NCBI RefSeq assembly: GCF_963921235.1 | Contig: NC_086097.1 | Span: 178,004,001 to 178,068,000, forward strand | Reading direction: 5' to 3' | From: Mobula hypostoma | Taxonomy: Eukaryota | Length of the DNA: 64,000 nt | Shown: in pieces, positions 25,771 through 38,636 of the stretch | Layout: every line of letters begins with the position of its first letter | How positions within the stretch are numbered: position 1 is the stretch's first letter | Position numbers and translations under genes: made by a program | The notes under the pieces: model-generated | Database searches by the model: none | Seen by the model: only the letters and a program-made list of their open reading frames with translations | Told to the model about the DNA's origin: nothing

Positions 25771-27649
25771 TTCAAGGTGTAAAGATAACAGGGCACAGGG
25801 ATCAGAATCAGAGCACGTTTATTATTGCAGAGGAATTTGATGATTTGTGGTAGCAGTATAGTGCAAGGCATTAAGAATCCTTTAAGTTGCAATACAAAAT
25901 GAAAATAAATAAATAAATAATGCAAAGGAGGAATAGCAAAGTCATGTTCATGGGTTTCACAGACCATTCAGAGATCTGATGGCAGAGGGGAAGCTGTGCC
26001 TGAATTGTTGAGTGTGGGTCTTCGGGCTCCTGTACCTCCTCCCTGATGGTAGAAATGACAAAAGGGCATGTCTCGGATGATGGGGGTCTTTAATGATGAA
26101 CGTCACCTCCTTGAGGCACCGCCTGTTGGAGATGTCCTCAATGATGAGGAGGGTTGTGCCCGTGATGGACTACAACCCTCTGCAGTCTCTTGCGATTCTG
26201 TGTATTGGAACCTCTATACCAGGCTGCGATGTATCGTCAGAAGAGTGTAAAGAGGAGAGAGGCAGTGAAGTTTCAGCACAGATTACAAGAGAAAAACAGA
26301 AGAGGGCAGAAAGTGAGAGGTCAAACATATTTAAAAAGCAGGACTGCTGATCCCCTGACCAATTACAGTGATTAGGGGTTACACAGCCTCAATATTCTGC
26401 CTGGTCTGTTTAATTTTCCTATTTATCTCTTGCAGGGAATGGAACAAATGAGATCACTGAGGTCAAAAGGACACTATATGAATAATAATTCTCATCTTTA
26501 GCCCCAAGGTGTGTAATAACAGTAAATGGGCAATGAATAAATTGAAAGAAATACCTAGCCTGGCGACGCACACAGTACGTTTGCAGTATGTTCTACAGTG
26601 GGAGAAGAATATCAGTTTTTGAAAAATGAAATGGAGAAATCTATTCTGGCAAAATGATACTGCCATCTCCTAGTTTTAATCTCTTTGAACTTAGTTTTAA
26701 TTTGGGTGAATCTCCAAGAGGTTACAAATCGGAGCAAGACTTGAAAATGCCATCTTGATGGAGCCTTCAAGAGGTGCTGCTTCAAGAAGGCAACAGCCAT
26801 TATCAAAGAAACTCCCAGCATCTTGGCTATGCCATCTTCTAACAGTTACTACTGGGCAGGAAGCACAGAAGCCGGAAGTCCCACAGTACCAGGTTCAAGA
26901 ACAATTACTTCCCTTCAACCATTCAATTCTTGCAACAATCGTCCCAATCCTGATCACAACCATTTCGCAACACTTTGATCAGTGTTCTTTCCTGTAAAAA
27001 TTGTCAATTATTTATGCTACATTTATGTTTTTTTCTTGTGAATCTTGCTACAAGTAAGTTTGTCATTGCACCTGTGTATATCTTTACTGTCCGGCTGCTT
27101 CAGCGATGAGGGTAGGATCAGGGGAATGGTTCCTGCTGTAGGCCTGTTTCAGTGATAGGCGAATGGCTGTGGGTTGAGGTTGTCTGGGAGGCTGGAGTTA
27201 GTGCGTGCCATGACCAGCCTCATGCTACTGCAAAACGACATATTTCACGTCATTACACAGTGATGATCTGGCAGCTGCGAGGAACCTCGGTATGGGTAGG
27301 ATGGACATAGACATGAAAAGATTACAAATATGAGTGTCATAAGTAAAAACGTCCAAGCAAGAAACTTTCCCCCAGTGGTTCACTCAAACCTCTTCAGATG
27401 CGCCATTGGAAACATCTTGACGGGTTACAACTCACTCTGATGTGGCAACTGCTCGGCATAGAGAGGGAAGTACTGACAGTCCAACACAGGTTTACAACTG
27501 CCTTCCATCCAGCCCATCGCCATGGTGCACTGCTGCTCTGCTCATTCCCTTCTCTCTCTTATGCCCTCTGGGAGAAGATACAGGAGCCTGACTGCCTGAA
27601 CAACACTCAAGAACAGCTTTACCCCACTGTTATCAGACTTTGCAACCAT

Positions 27650-30490
27650 AAGGCATAGGAACAGAATTAGGCCACTCAGCCCATTGAGTCTGCTCTGCCA
27701 TTCCACTGCTGTCAACCCCATTCTCCAGCCTTCACTCCATAATTCCCTGCTTTTGATGCCGACTAACCAAGAAACTATCAACCTCCACTTTAACTATGCT
27801 CAATGATGTGCCCTCCACAGCTGTCCATAGCAATGAATTCCACCGATTCACCACTCTCTGGCTAAAGAAATTCCTCATCTCTCTTTTTTGAGGCTGTTCC
27901 TTCTGGTCTTAGACTCACCCACTATTGAAAACATCCTGTCCACATTCACTCTATCTAGGTCTTTCAACATTTGACAGGTTTCGATGAGATCCCCTCTCAT
28001 TCCACTAAATTCCAGTGAGTACAGGCCATTGAAAACTAATACATTAACTCTTTCATTCCCAGAATAATTCTCGTAAACCTCCTCTGGACCCTCTCCAAAG
28101 CCAGCACATTCAGCATTACATCCTTGCTCATGTATTTTAGTCCTCTTGAAATGAATGCTAACATTGTATTTGCCTTCCTTAGCACTAATTCATCCTGCAC
28201 AAGGACTCCCAAGTCCCTTTGCATCCCATTTAGAAAATACATTCCTTCCACCAAAGTGCAGGACCATACATTTCCTGACATCTGCCGCTTCTTTACCCAT
28301 TTGCCCAATCTAAGGCCTACTGCAAACCTCCTGCTTCCTCAACACTACCGATCACCTCTTTCACATCTCCTTCCCAATGCTGCTGCCACTCTTAACTCTA
28401 CCTCTTCTGTTATTGTCACTTCACCATTTCTTTTTGCAATGTTCTGTTGTTTCAGAATCATCGCTGTACTTACAGTTACCATGTGCACTGTTTACTCAGT
28501 GAGCTTCATGTGACCAAGAAATTTCATTGCACCCTGGTGTACATGACTGACCTGACCTGAGATCTGAGAGGTGGAAATTTAGCGTTCCCTCCCCCAAAAG
28601 TGACTGAAGTGAATATCAGAGATGGATTAAATTGGAATCTGGTTGAAGATGGGGCTGGGGAGAAGTTGCAACAGAGGGGTGTGAAGAAAACACAAAATTC
28701 TAGGATCAGAACACACAGCCTCAGAATAGCAGAACATCCCTTTAGAACAGAGATGAGGAAGAATTTCTTTAGTCAGAGGATGGTGAATTCATTGCCATAT
28801 ATGGCTATGGAGGCAAAGTTAAAGCAGAGGATATATTTAAAGCAGGGGTATTGAAGGTTATGGGGGAGAAGGCAAGAGAAAGGGGGTGAAAGGGAAAATA
28901 AGCCATGATTGTATGGTAGAGTAGATTTGATGGGCTAAATGGCCTAATTCTACTCCTATGCCTTACAGTCTTTTTGAAGTTATGTCAAGAAACAGTTTTA
29001 GGCATAGACTTAAATTAAATGGGGGTAGATTTAAATGGGAGGGGAGTTACTTTTTATACACAGCAGGCGATGGGTTTGTGGAATGAACTGCGAGAAGTGG
29101 TCGGTCGGGGCAGGTATAATTAAGATATTTAAAGAGTTTAGGGCATGGATAGGAAAGGTCTAGAGGTATATGGGCCAAATGCAGGTAAATGAAACTAACT
29201 CAGGTAGGCATCTTAGTCAGTGAAGTTGAATTGGGCTGAAGAGATATGCAACACAGAAAACGGGAACTGTGGCTCTACCTGCTTCATTTGCCCTGGTGGG
29301 ATTTTCAGATTGAAGTTCTTCAGATTTTATACCATTGGGAATCACCTTGGGTGGGATCCTGGGCATAGATTTTATTGGGGACCAACATTTCTCCATTCTG
29401 GTAGCAGTCTGGAACCCAGGAGTTCTAAAACCAGGGTTAAAGGCTGCTATCAAAATACTCTGATCTCACCTCACAATATTAAATGGATTGCAAATTCCAG
29501 CACTCCCACCACTGCTTTACTGTAATGAGAAGTGATTCAGATGGGTTTGACTTCATTTTGGGACTTAAGTATCCAAAGCTAGCTCTTTGCACCTGACCTT
29601 GACATTTATGATGCAATAAAGAATCAGTTCTATGTCTAATCATAAAACAAACTGGATCTCAAACTATCCTTTGGGACCATTGTCTAAGAAAAGATGTGCC
29701 GGCATTGGAGAGCCCAGAGGAAGTTCATAAGAATGATCCCAGGAATTAAACCCATAATATATGCGGAGCATTTGATGTCTCCGGGCAGATACTTGAGTTT
29801 GGGGGGTGGGGGAGAGTGGGAAATCATTGAAACGTACCGAATACAGAAAAGCCTGGAAAGAGTGGATGTGGAGCTGATGCTTCCATTAGTGGGAAAATCT
29901 GGGATCTCAGGGCACAACCTCAGAATAAAGGGACATCCTTTAGAACCAATGAGAAGCAATTTCTTCAGCCAGAGCAGGGGTTCCCAACCATTTTTATGCC
30001 ATGGACTAATACCATCAAGCAAGAGCAACATGCGTCCCCGGTTCGGAACCCCTGAGCCAGAGGGTGGGTGGTGAATTTGTGCAATTTGCTGTCACAGACG
30101 ACTGTGGAAGCCAAACCTTTGGGTACACCTGAGGCAGAGATTGATAGGTTCTTGACAGGTGAAGGGGGTTAGGTTACGGGAAGAAGGCAGGAAAATAAAA
30201 AGCAGCCATGATTGAATGGCAAATAACATTATCAACAAGATGCTGCTGGGAGTGTGGACATTCGTCGCAAGATCCTCTCTGCAGATACCCTCATTACTTA
30301 CATTATAATCATTCTACATTACCTTCTACTACCCTCAATGCTTCATTGTAACAAATTGATCTGTACGAACACTACCCAAGAGAAACTTTCACTGTGCCTT
30401 GGTACATATGACAACAACAAACCAATTTATGGCAGAGAAGGCTTGATGGGCTGAATGGCCTAATTCTGCTCCTATAATTTATGGTCTCAG
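27650..30490. mobile_element. Cluster of CR1 3' fragments (- at 27650-28350; + at 28700-29250 and 29680-30490)
   Basis: LERVQRRFTR, PFRTEMRKNFFSQR and GHNLRIKG motifs; tails of the ctaattctgctcctat type. Confidence 0.8.
29975..30054. mobile_element. 80-bp hAT (Charlie-like) MITE
   Basis: TIRs CAGGGGTTCCCAACC / GGTTCGGAACCCCTG (one mismatch); perfect 8-bp TSD agccagag at 29967-29974 and 30055-30062; inserted in a CR1. Confidence 0.9.
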
Positions 30491-31759
30491 CACATCCATG
30501 TGATTCTGGGACCAAAGAGATAAGAGTTTAAAATCAAATCTGCATTTGCAGGGAATCTGAAATAAAAACAACATACTAGAAATGGCTGAGAGCACCTGTA
30601 GAAACAGAAACAATTGGTCAGGTCAAAGATCCTTTGTCAGAGGTGCACTAAAGAGTGAGGGTGAAGAAATTACCACTGATGGAAAGACCTTAGATGATAA
30701 AGGGTCAAAGAATTAGCACAAGTATCAAAGAGTCTTCACTCAGGGATTTAGTGCCTGAAAACTAGCCAGCATGGTGGAGGTGGGTGGAAACTGATTCAAC
30801 TGTGACCTCTTGCAAAAATGAATTGGACAAGCGTGTGACCTATCAGGGAGGAGTGGAGGGTTTCAAGGGGCTTGCACAAGCTACACATATTCAAAATCCT
30901 AGAAAATAAGATTGATGTGGAAGGAAGGAGCAATTTGCCTTGATGTATGACATTGGCTCATAGACACATGCATAACTACTCAGTTTCATGTTGTACTTGT
31001 TTTGCTCTAAAAAATTATTTCACCAAGGATGGTGCAGGCAAATGCAAGTATGGGAGGGGGCAGGATCGTACACCCCAGAATGGTAGCTTAGACAGCGGCT
31101 TTTGCAAGTGCTCCAGTGTCCGTTCCTAAAGGTCACAAGTGCAGACTGGAGGAGTTTTCTCTCTGTTTGGACAGCAGACGTACCTCTGCCATGTGGCTGG
31201 AATGGGTTAGACCGCCTGTAACCCATGTGGAAAAGACCTCCTTTTCAAGTTTTTAATTGATTCATTCTTGCAGCTACCATGAGGCAGGAGGTACAGAAGC
31301 CTGAAGTCCCACACCACGAGGTTCAATAACAGTTACTTCCTTTCAACCATTTAGTTTCTGAACCAACCAGTATAATCCTAAGCACTACAATTGAACACCA
31401 CTTTGCACTACAATGACTTCTGCTTTGTTCTAATTGTGTTCTTTCTTGTAAAGATGTTTGTTTTGCTTGTGAATGCTTACATGATAAAATGTGTCTATGA
31501 CGCAAGTTTTTCATTGCAATTGTGCATATATGTACATACAGACAACTCAATTTTGACTTGAAATTTTGACCGTTTCAGTTTTCAGACAACTGCCTTTGAA
31601 GGCAAGCACAAGAGTGTTGAAAGCTGTAAGGCAGCAGGAGATGAAGGGCGTTGTGGAGCTCTTGTGAATTAAGGCGATTTTTTGGTCCCTCGATTGCTGG
31701 TTTTCAGAGAGCAACAGCAGCTGGAATGGGGCAACCCAAATCCATTTTATTCTCACCCA

Positions 31760-31950
31760 CCTTTATACACTAGGGGCAATTTACAAACCTGCAGAGTTTT
31801 TGGGATGTGGGTGGAAACCAGAGCACCTGGGGGAAGCCCATCCAGTTATAAGGTAACATGCAAATTCCATCCAGACAGCACCTGAGATCAGGATTAAACC
31901 AATGCTGCTAAACAGGTGAGGCAGCAGCTCCACTAGCTGCCCATTGTGCA
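31760..31950 (-). mobile_element. V-SINE (HE1-like); other copies at ~36020-36980 (+, interrupted) and ~47140-47450 (+)
   Basis: Core GGGCTTCCCCCAGGTGCTCTGGTTTCCACCCACATCCCAAA and a tRNA-like head with a B-box-like ggtttaatcc. Confidence 0.65.
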
Positions 31951-32019
31951 AGTGAATGTACATCATACAAATGAAATGGTGAGAAGCATATTGGGAGTCC
32001 ACTGCAGTAAAAAGAATAC

Positions 32020-35000
32020 AAGTACAATTATATTCATCTTCATTTTTAATTTTTAACTTTGAGATGCAAAATCAAATATATATATATATCCTCAACATTC
32101 TTCCAAATACTCAATAGAGGACACTTTAAATATAGGCACATCAGAATCAAAATGTCATTCAAAATGGGTACAAAGCTCCAACATAGTTCCAAAAATGCAT
32201 CTTATATACAGATTATTTAATAAAAATAATGTTTTCATAGCATGTGCATCAGCTTATATACAAATGAGAACCTGATATCACAATGCACATGGGTCCAAAT
32301 TTTTCTTTTAATATATATTTAAAATATTTATTTTAAATATTTCTATGTCTTGCATTTTGTTATTATTTATACCCGCATCCAATACTAGGCGTTGTCAGAT
32401 TCAAGGGAGTTGTGTGTTGTATAAATCACAGATAATATTATATTGCCTACCACACACTGTGATGCATCTCTTTTTTAACCCCAAGTGTTTAAATTAACCA
32501 CTTCACATAAGGCTACCCATCCTCATTATAGGAAACAAAAATCAGTTTACTTTATATATTACTGAAAATGGCATCAAAATTATACTTTTATTGCAGAATA
32601 CCCCTCAGGAGCTTTTTAAGTATGTATATAACATCCACTAGCTTGACAGAAAACCTCAGAACTCTGCCAAAGCAGAAAATATTTCAAATGTCAGGTTACC
32701 AGCAGACTTCAATGCGATTGCTGCAACTATTTCTTTTGTCAAGTTCATTTGAAGGGAATTTAGGTGGCGAGGGAAAGAAAGTGTAAAAAGAACATGAGTC
32801 AAGATGGATGACACATAGGGTAACCTTTAAATCCTCAATTAAGCACATTCCACAAACATTTCCGTGGATGGAGTTGAAGTGAGAGGGAGGAAGGCAGGGA
32901 CAGGGGAAGGTGACACCAAACAAAGGCTTCCTCTCCTGCCACTTCATTCTGTGGTGGACCAGTCTGATACAGACTTGTAAACAATACTTCCTTTACCCAT
33001 TAGGAGATATGCACTGTGTTATCAGTAACACTGGGAATTTGAGTTCTCCCAAATAGCAACTGGAAAAACTAATCATTCAAAGAAAAATAATCAGTACACA
33101 CTGTTGGGTCCCAGGAGTGGTGCAGTCTTCCAATGATTATAAGCAGGAGTATTCCATGCTTCTGTATCTCCAATGTAGTAATTCTTTTTTTGTTCACCCA
33201 CCCAACTTGGGGCACAGATTTTGGTAAATCCCATTTTTAAATGTTTGGGAAGTCTTATTCATTTTGCCCCACCTCAGTTTTAAAGAATGGGTTTGGAATC
33301 AAGCACAATATGGCCTCACCAAATACTGAGCAATGAAGGCAATCAGTTTCCGGGAGTAATTAAAGCCCTTAGCATTTCCAAAGACAGAAGACTTCACCAC
33401 TTGCTCAGGGAAATACAAATCCTTCCATATCCGGTGTGACTGCCAAACATCCCAGAATTTCCTGTTTGAGAGCAGAGTAAACCTCCACTTAATTTCTTTC
33501 TCGGCAGGGATCTCACTTAGAATTACGTTAAAGCTATACTGGGCCTTGTCCACAAAATCTCACCCCAACACTGGCACCACTCACTCACCAGAGATATCCA
33601 AAAGTATTCCAGCCTGCAGTTACTCACTAATGTTATGGAATCACTGATGCCCACCAGCAATAATCCCCACAGTGCACTTTCTCAGTCAAGCAGTTTGAAA
33701 ATACTCAGCCAATAGACAAGCATTAAGCTCACACCTATACTCTCTGAATGGCTCCATAAGTAATGCATAGCTTTGGAATGCAGGTTTCAATCTCAGTATT
33801 GGATCCCATTTGCGCACAGATGTTGCGACAAACACATGTCTATACTCTACTGCTGATCCCATTTCTGACTTGCCCCTGGAGGAACTGACAGTAAGAGAAA
33901 AAGATAAACATAGAACACAGAAAATGACATACTCAGAATTCTCTACACAAATCGAGAGGCAGTAATGCATTCTGATCCAACAACTTCACACATGCTTATA
34001 TCTTCACTGGCGGAGTCCAGCACCTGACTCGATCCCAATGAGACCCATCCGCAAGCTATTGAATCAGCATGGTTTTACATTCTTGGGTTCAGTTTAGGTT
34101 GGCTGGCTTAGTGTACAATAAGTAAATACATTATCAAAGATTCTTGGCAAATCAGTGTGTCCTAAGGTCTCTCAAAATTATTTCCAGCTAGCTTCATTAT
34201 TACTGCACACAATGAAAGGCCAAGAGCCTGACAGGGGTCTCCAACTGCATGTTTGAGTATCTACAGTGATTAGTGGGTTGAGAATAAAATGGACAAATTC
34301 TTGGTCTAGGATTGGGCAGGTCTTTAGTTCTATATCTGAGCAGACCTGGTGTTGGTGTTAACCCTTGCATCATTATTGCTGATTTAATTCAGAGTTAAAG
34401 ATGTGATTATTTTTGAAAGTGAGGGAGGATGGGGGTTGCAGTGGAGGGAAGAATTCAGCATGATGAGAAGTTGCTCAGGTCAAGACGTTTAATCCAATGA
34501 TGTCCAGCAGTAACAACAAGGCCACTGCCAATTTGGTTAATTCTGGAGGAACTTGGTGGATAAAAGAGAGTAATTCCTAAAAAAAATTCATAGCTCCCCA
34601 GAAAGCTTAAACTCCACTTCTCAGGAGGTGAAATTGTGACCGAGACCCTGAACAAAACAGGAACAACTGCAGATAAGTGATGCCCTGTTTGCTGCTGATA
34701 GAGGAAAAAAGTGACAGGTCACTTGAATTGTTAAATAGCTCACAGAAAATTAACAACTGAATTCAACAAAACATATTTGCCACAGTGACTGAATTTTCTG
34801 ACAAAAAATGCAGCAACTTTATCACAAAGAAACAAATTGTTTAAGCACAAATACTGAAGGAGATGCAAGTTTAACCTGATGAATGAGGAATGTACACCAC
34901 AGATGCATTTAATGAAAAAAAGGTTCACGCCATTTACATTTCACAGTATCAGAAGGGGTTGCTAACTTAGAGATCGATCAGATTTTTAAAAATATATATA

Positions 35001-35278
35001 AACCATGAAGCGTCCTGGTTTTGCACATCTTCGAACTGGAGGGAACTCAGTTTCACAAGATATACTGGAAGTTCAACTGAATTGAGCTCTTGCCTTCTCA
35101 AGAATTGCAACAAAACAAAAACTGTACCCGTCAGTATTGGTTTTTTAAAGTCATAACAGTAAACAAGGATGATAGCGTTGAGAGTCTTGCTTGGTGAAGC
35201 ACTGCATCAGTTATGGCACTGTTTATGCAACCATTTTTCTTTGGGTTCAGTGCATAGATCCAGTTCGTACCACTTACT
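32020..35278 (-). other. Probable 3' UTR of the TAF4-family gene
   Basis: About 3.2 kb with no recognisable TE in an otherwise TE-saturated window; AT-rich distal end. Minus-strand poly(A) signals: ATTAAA 32045-32050, AATAAA 32327-32332 and 32587-32592. The distal boundary is approximate. Confidence 0.65.
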
Positions 35279-35437
35279 TCATTTGAGATAGGCTCGGTAC
35301 AGGAGCAGGGAATGACTGGCTGCTTGGTCCTGCTCCAGGCAGAGGAGGAGATCCCTGAGATTGACTCGTGTTACTTTCTGTCGCAGGAAGGGTCGAGGTC
35401 GTGTAACACCAAGTGCGTTCCCACCACTGCTTGATCC
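35279..35437 (-). CDS. TAF4B: Terminal coding exon of a TFIID subunit 4 family gene (TAF4B by synteny, TAF4-like in sequence)
   Basis: Strong acceptor tttttcctctctttccag| on -. Translates GSSSGGNALGVTRPRPFLRQKVTRVNLRDLLLCLEQDQAASHSLLLYRAYLK*, the TAF4-family C-terminus (TRVNLRDL...SHSLLLY.A.LK). Convergent with KCTD1 as in the mammalian TAF4B-KCTD1 pair. Family assignment is secure; paralogue identity is less so. Confidence 0.8.
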   Translation of the reverse strand, partial: GSSSGGNALGVTRPRPFLRQKVTRVNLRDLLLCLEQDQAASHSLLLYRAYLK

Positions 35438-36101
35438 CTGGAAAGAGAGGAAAAAAAAGGGATTTAAGCTTGAAGTGAGACTAAACTCTGCAGTCCATGT
35501 CCCAACTCACTCAAGCTCTATTTACTCATTGCCACTATGTTCCCAAACTTCTAAATCTTAAAAATCTTTGTTTGCCAAATCATCCATTGCTTCCATCCTC
35601 CTCACTCCAACATTAGTGCAGGCCTTTTCATTATACCTTCAGTGCTGAGTTGCTAACGATCTGTTATTCTTTATGTTGGCTTGGACATCAAACCTGACAC
35701 AACCTTGGTCAACATGAACTTGACCAGAACCCACGGACCAATGCTATCCTGACCTGGTTTGCAATAAACAGCAGTGGAAGTCTCATGTTGGTGCTAGTTA
35801 TTGATCAAAAGGACTCATATGATACATTGGCCTGACCTGGGAATGATATCGAGCAAGAGCCACACAGCCTGACCTTAAATACTGCACTGAAGCCTAGCAC
35901 ATCATGCTTAGCACTATCCTGTAAAAACACTGAGCTTCCTCAAGTAATACCATGATGGTATTAAACTAAACAAGCATCAAAACGCAGCATCAAAGTTGCT
36001 CAAAGACACATCAGTCTGAGTGATTCTAGTGAAGCTGCCTCAGAACTCTAGTGAACCCAGTTCAATGCTGACCCTAGGTGCTGTCTGTGAAGTTTTTTTT
36101 A

Positions 36102-36760
36102 AGATTAGATGATGAGGACACTCAGTCCTCGTTTATTGTCATTTAGAAATGCATGTATTAAAAAATGATACAATGTTCCTCCAGAAAGATATCACAGAAA
36201 CACAGGACAAACCAAGACTAAAACTGACAAAACCACATAATTATAACATATAGTTACAACAGTGCAAAGCAATACCGTAATTTGATAAAGAGCAGATCAT
36301 GGGCACGGTAAAAAAAAAGTCTCAAGTCCCGACAGCCCCATCATCTCACGCAGACGGTAGAAGGGAGAAACTCTCCCTGCCAGGAACTCCAAGCGCCGCA
36401 AACTTGCCGATGCATTGGAAGCACCCGACCGCAGCTGACTCTGAGTCCGTCCGAAAACTTTGAGCCTCCGACCAGCCCTCCGACACCGAGCACCATCTCT
36501 GCCGAGCACTTCGACCCCGCCCCAGCCGCCAAACAACAAGCAAAGCCGAGGACTCGGGGCCTTCTCCTCTGGAGATTCTGGATTACACAGTAGCAGTGGC
36601 AGCAAAGCAGGCATTTCAGAAGTTTCACAGATGTTACTCCGTGCTCTCACGTCTGTCTCCATCAAATCAGGATTGTGCATGGCACCCTACTTGACAGATA
36701 ACAAATATCATTCACCAGAGTGGCTGCTGCAAGCTGTGTTGCGCCGCCATCTTCTCTTCC
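36102..36760 (-). mobile_element. ~660-bp non-autonomous LINE-derived element inserted in a V-SINE
   Basis: On -: starts GGAAGAGAAGATGGCGGCG and is CpG-rich; ends AATAAAC + hairpin GAGGAC-tgagt-GTCCTC + (AATCT)-like tail. No RT coding sequence recognised. Confidence 0.6.
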
Positions 36761-38636
36761 CTCATCAAGTGGCTTTGCTCTGGGTGCTCCAGTTTCTTCC
36801 CTCATCCCAAAGACGTGCAGGTTGATCAGCTAATTAGTTAATTTACAGAAAATTGCCTGCAATGTGTCAGTGAGTGGCAGAAAGTGGGAACTGTGAAGGG
36901 GAATGTAGGGGAGATCAAAATGGGATTATTGTAACTAAATGCTTGGACAAAAGGGTCTGATTCCATGCTGTGCAACTCTGTGAAACAAGCTGGAACTCCA
37001 ATGATTACAACTGCTCAATTGAACTAGTTTCCCTTAAGCAGCTGAACTCCAGGATGCAGCAGCCAAAGAACTGAAGTGAATCAAAGGATGTGCACTGAGG
37101 AAAAGAGCCATGAGCCACCAAGCTAAAATATTTCACTGATATAATTTAAATTCACACTGAGAATGTTTCGAATACAGAAATCTAAGCAATCTTAAAATTG
37201 CAACCACATCAGTTCCTTGGATCAAAACATCAAACCACATGAAGGGCTTTATCCAATTGTGAGGTACAACAATACAATTTTTATAGATGGCATGCAGAAC
37301 AAAGCTTTTTCCACTGTATCTCAAAACAAGTGGCAAAAGTAAACAAATTTACCAATCCAAGGAACCATCTCCCAAAAATATACAAATTTGATTTTTTTAA
37401 ATAAATTCACAGAAGTCATCCATCAACAAATGAAGTATTGATGTCCCTTGCAGTGGGAAGCTGCATAGGTCTAATCTTGAAAACCCTGAGGCATTTTTCA
37501 CCCAGTAAACGTATATGCATCGTGTTACGAATGTATACAACTAGGCTTTACAAATGTAAATCAGCACGTTTTACAATCAAAGTTTAAAGAACCAATACAA
37601 AGCATTAACTGTTGAGTTTAGGCTATACTGACACTGTTAATTCAAAATGGGATGCTGCAATGTTTGCATTGGTACGCTTAACTGAGTGGTCTACTTTCAT
37701 TCGCCAGACCAAACTCTACGGATTAGTGGGTGCTGGATTGAAAGTGGTGTCTGAAGTGATAGAGAAGCCACACTAAACTCTTTGAACTCATTCCCTTAAG
37801 GGTGGTATGGTAGCCCTTATTTGTACGTGTGACAAAAAAAGCTAATTTCTAAATCATTAAGTGAGCTGTGGTATAATCAGTTTGGAGTTGTAATGAGTGA
37901 AGTAGGATAATCACTGTTCCTGAGCCTGGCAGTGTGATTTCTGTAGCTACACGATCAGGCTCAGCTATCAGTTGTGCATGATAGCTGAATATTAGCATTA
38001 ATATGACCTCCTTGCGAAAAAAAATCTTAAGATGGTCTTTAGCTCTTGACTTCTAAAGTAGTGCATTGGGTAGTCTAGTGTACCACTGCTGTCCCCTTAC
38101 CCTGAGAGAAATTATTACCAGGTTTAATGGCTACATTTAGAAGAGGCACTACTGTCAGATCCCTCTCATTCAGGCAGTGACTGAATTGTTACAGGACAGT
38201 CCTGATGGGTTGTTGAAAATCCCCGAAGGTTGTGCTTCATTTATAACATTGCCCCAGGCACTCCACTCCATCCTGTTAGATTGACCTCCTTTTCAACCCT
38301 GCACTGACTGTTGTGCAGAGCGCAATTTTCTTTTGACTGCTTTCTAGTTAGCTGTGTCATTCCCCACCACCCCCGACAGAACCATAACCTTTTAAAATTC
38401 TGTCTGTTGAGCCGGCTTGGTGTTAGATATACACACAGGTATATGTGTGAATGTGTATGGTAGCGTTCTTCTTGTGATGACCCTGTGTTGTTTGAGAGGC
38501 TTGGAATAACGTTTTCATAGAAGATGGAGCAATACAGCACTGGAACAAGCCCTTCGGCCCACAATGTTATGCTGAAATAATTAAACTAATTCTTTCTGCC
38601 TAAACAATTAGAATTAGATTTATTATCAATGACTTG

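Noticed and set aside
364..35437. Both terminal exons have 159 coding nucleotides
   Set aside because: Unrelated sequences; coincidence.
36297..36825. Overlapping ORFs of 65-127 aa on both strands
   Set aside because: By-product of a GC-rich repeat with few stop codons; no protein motifs.
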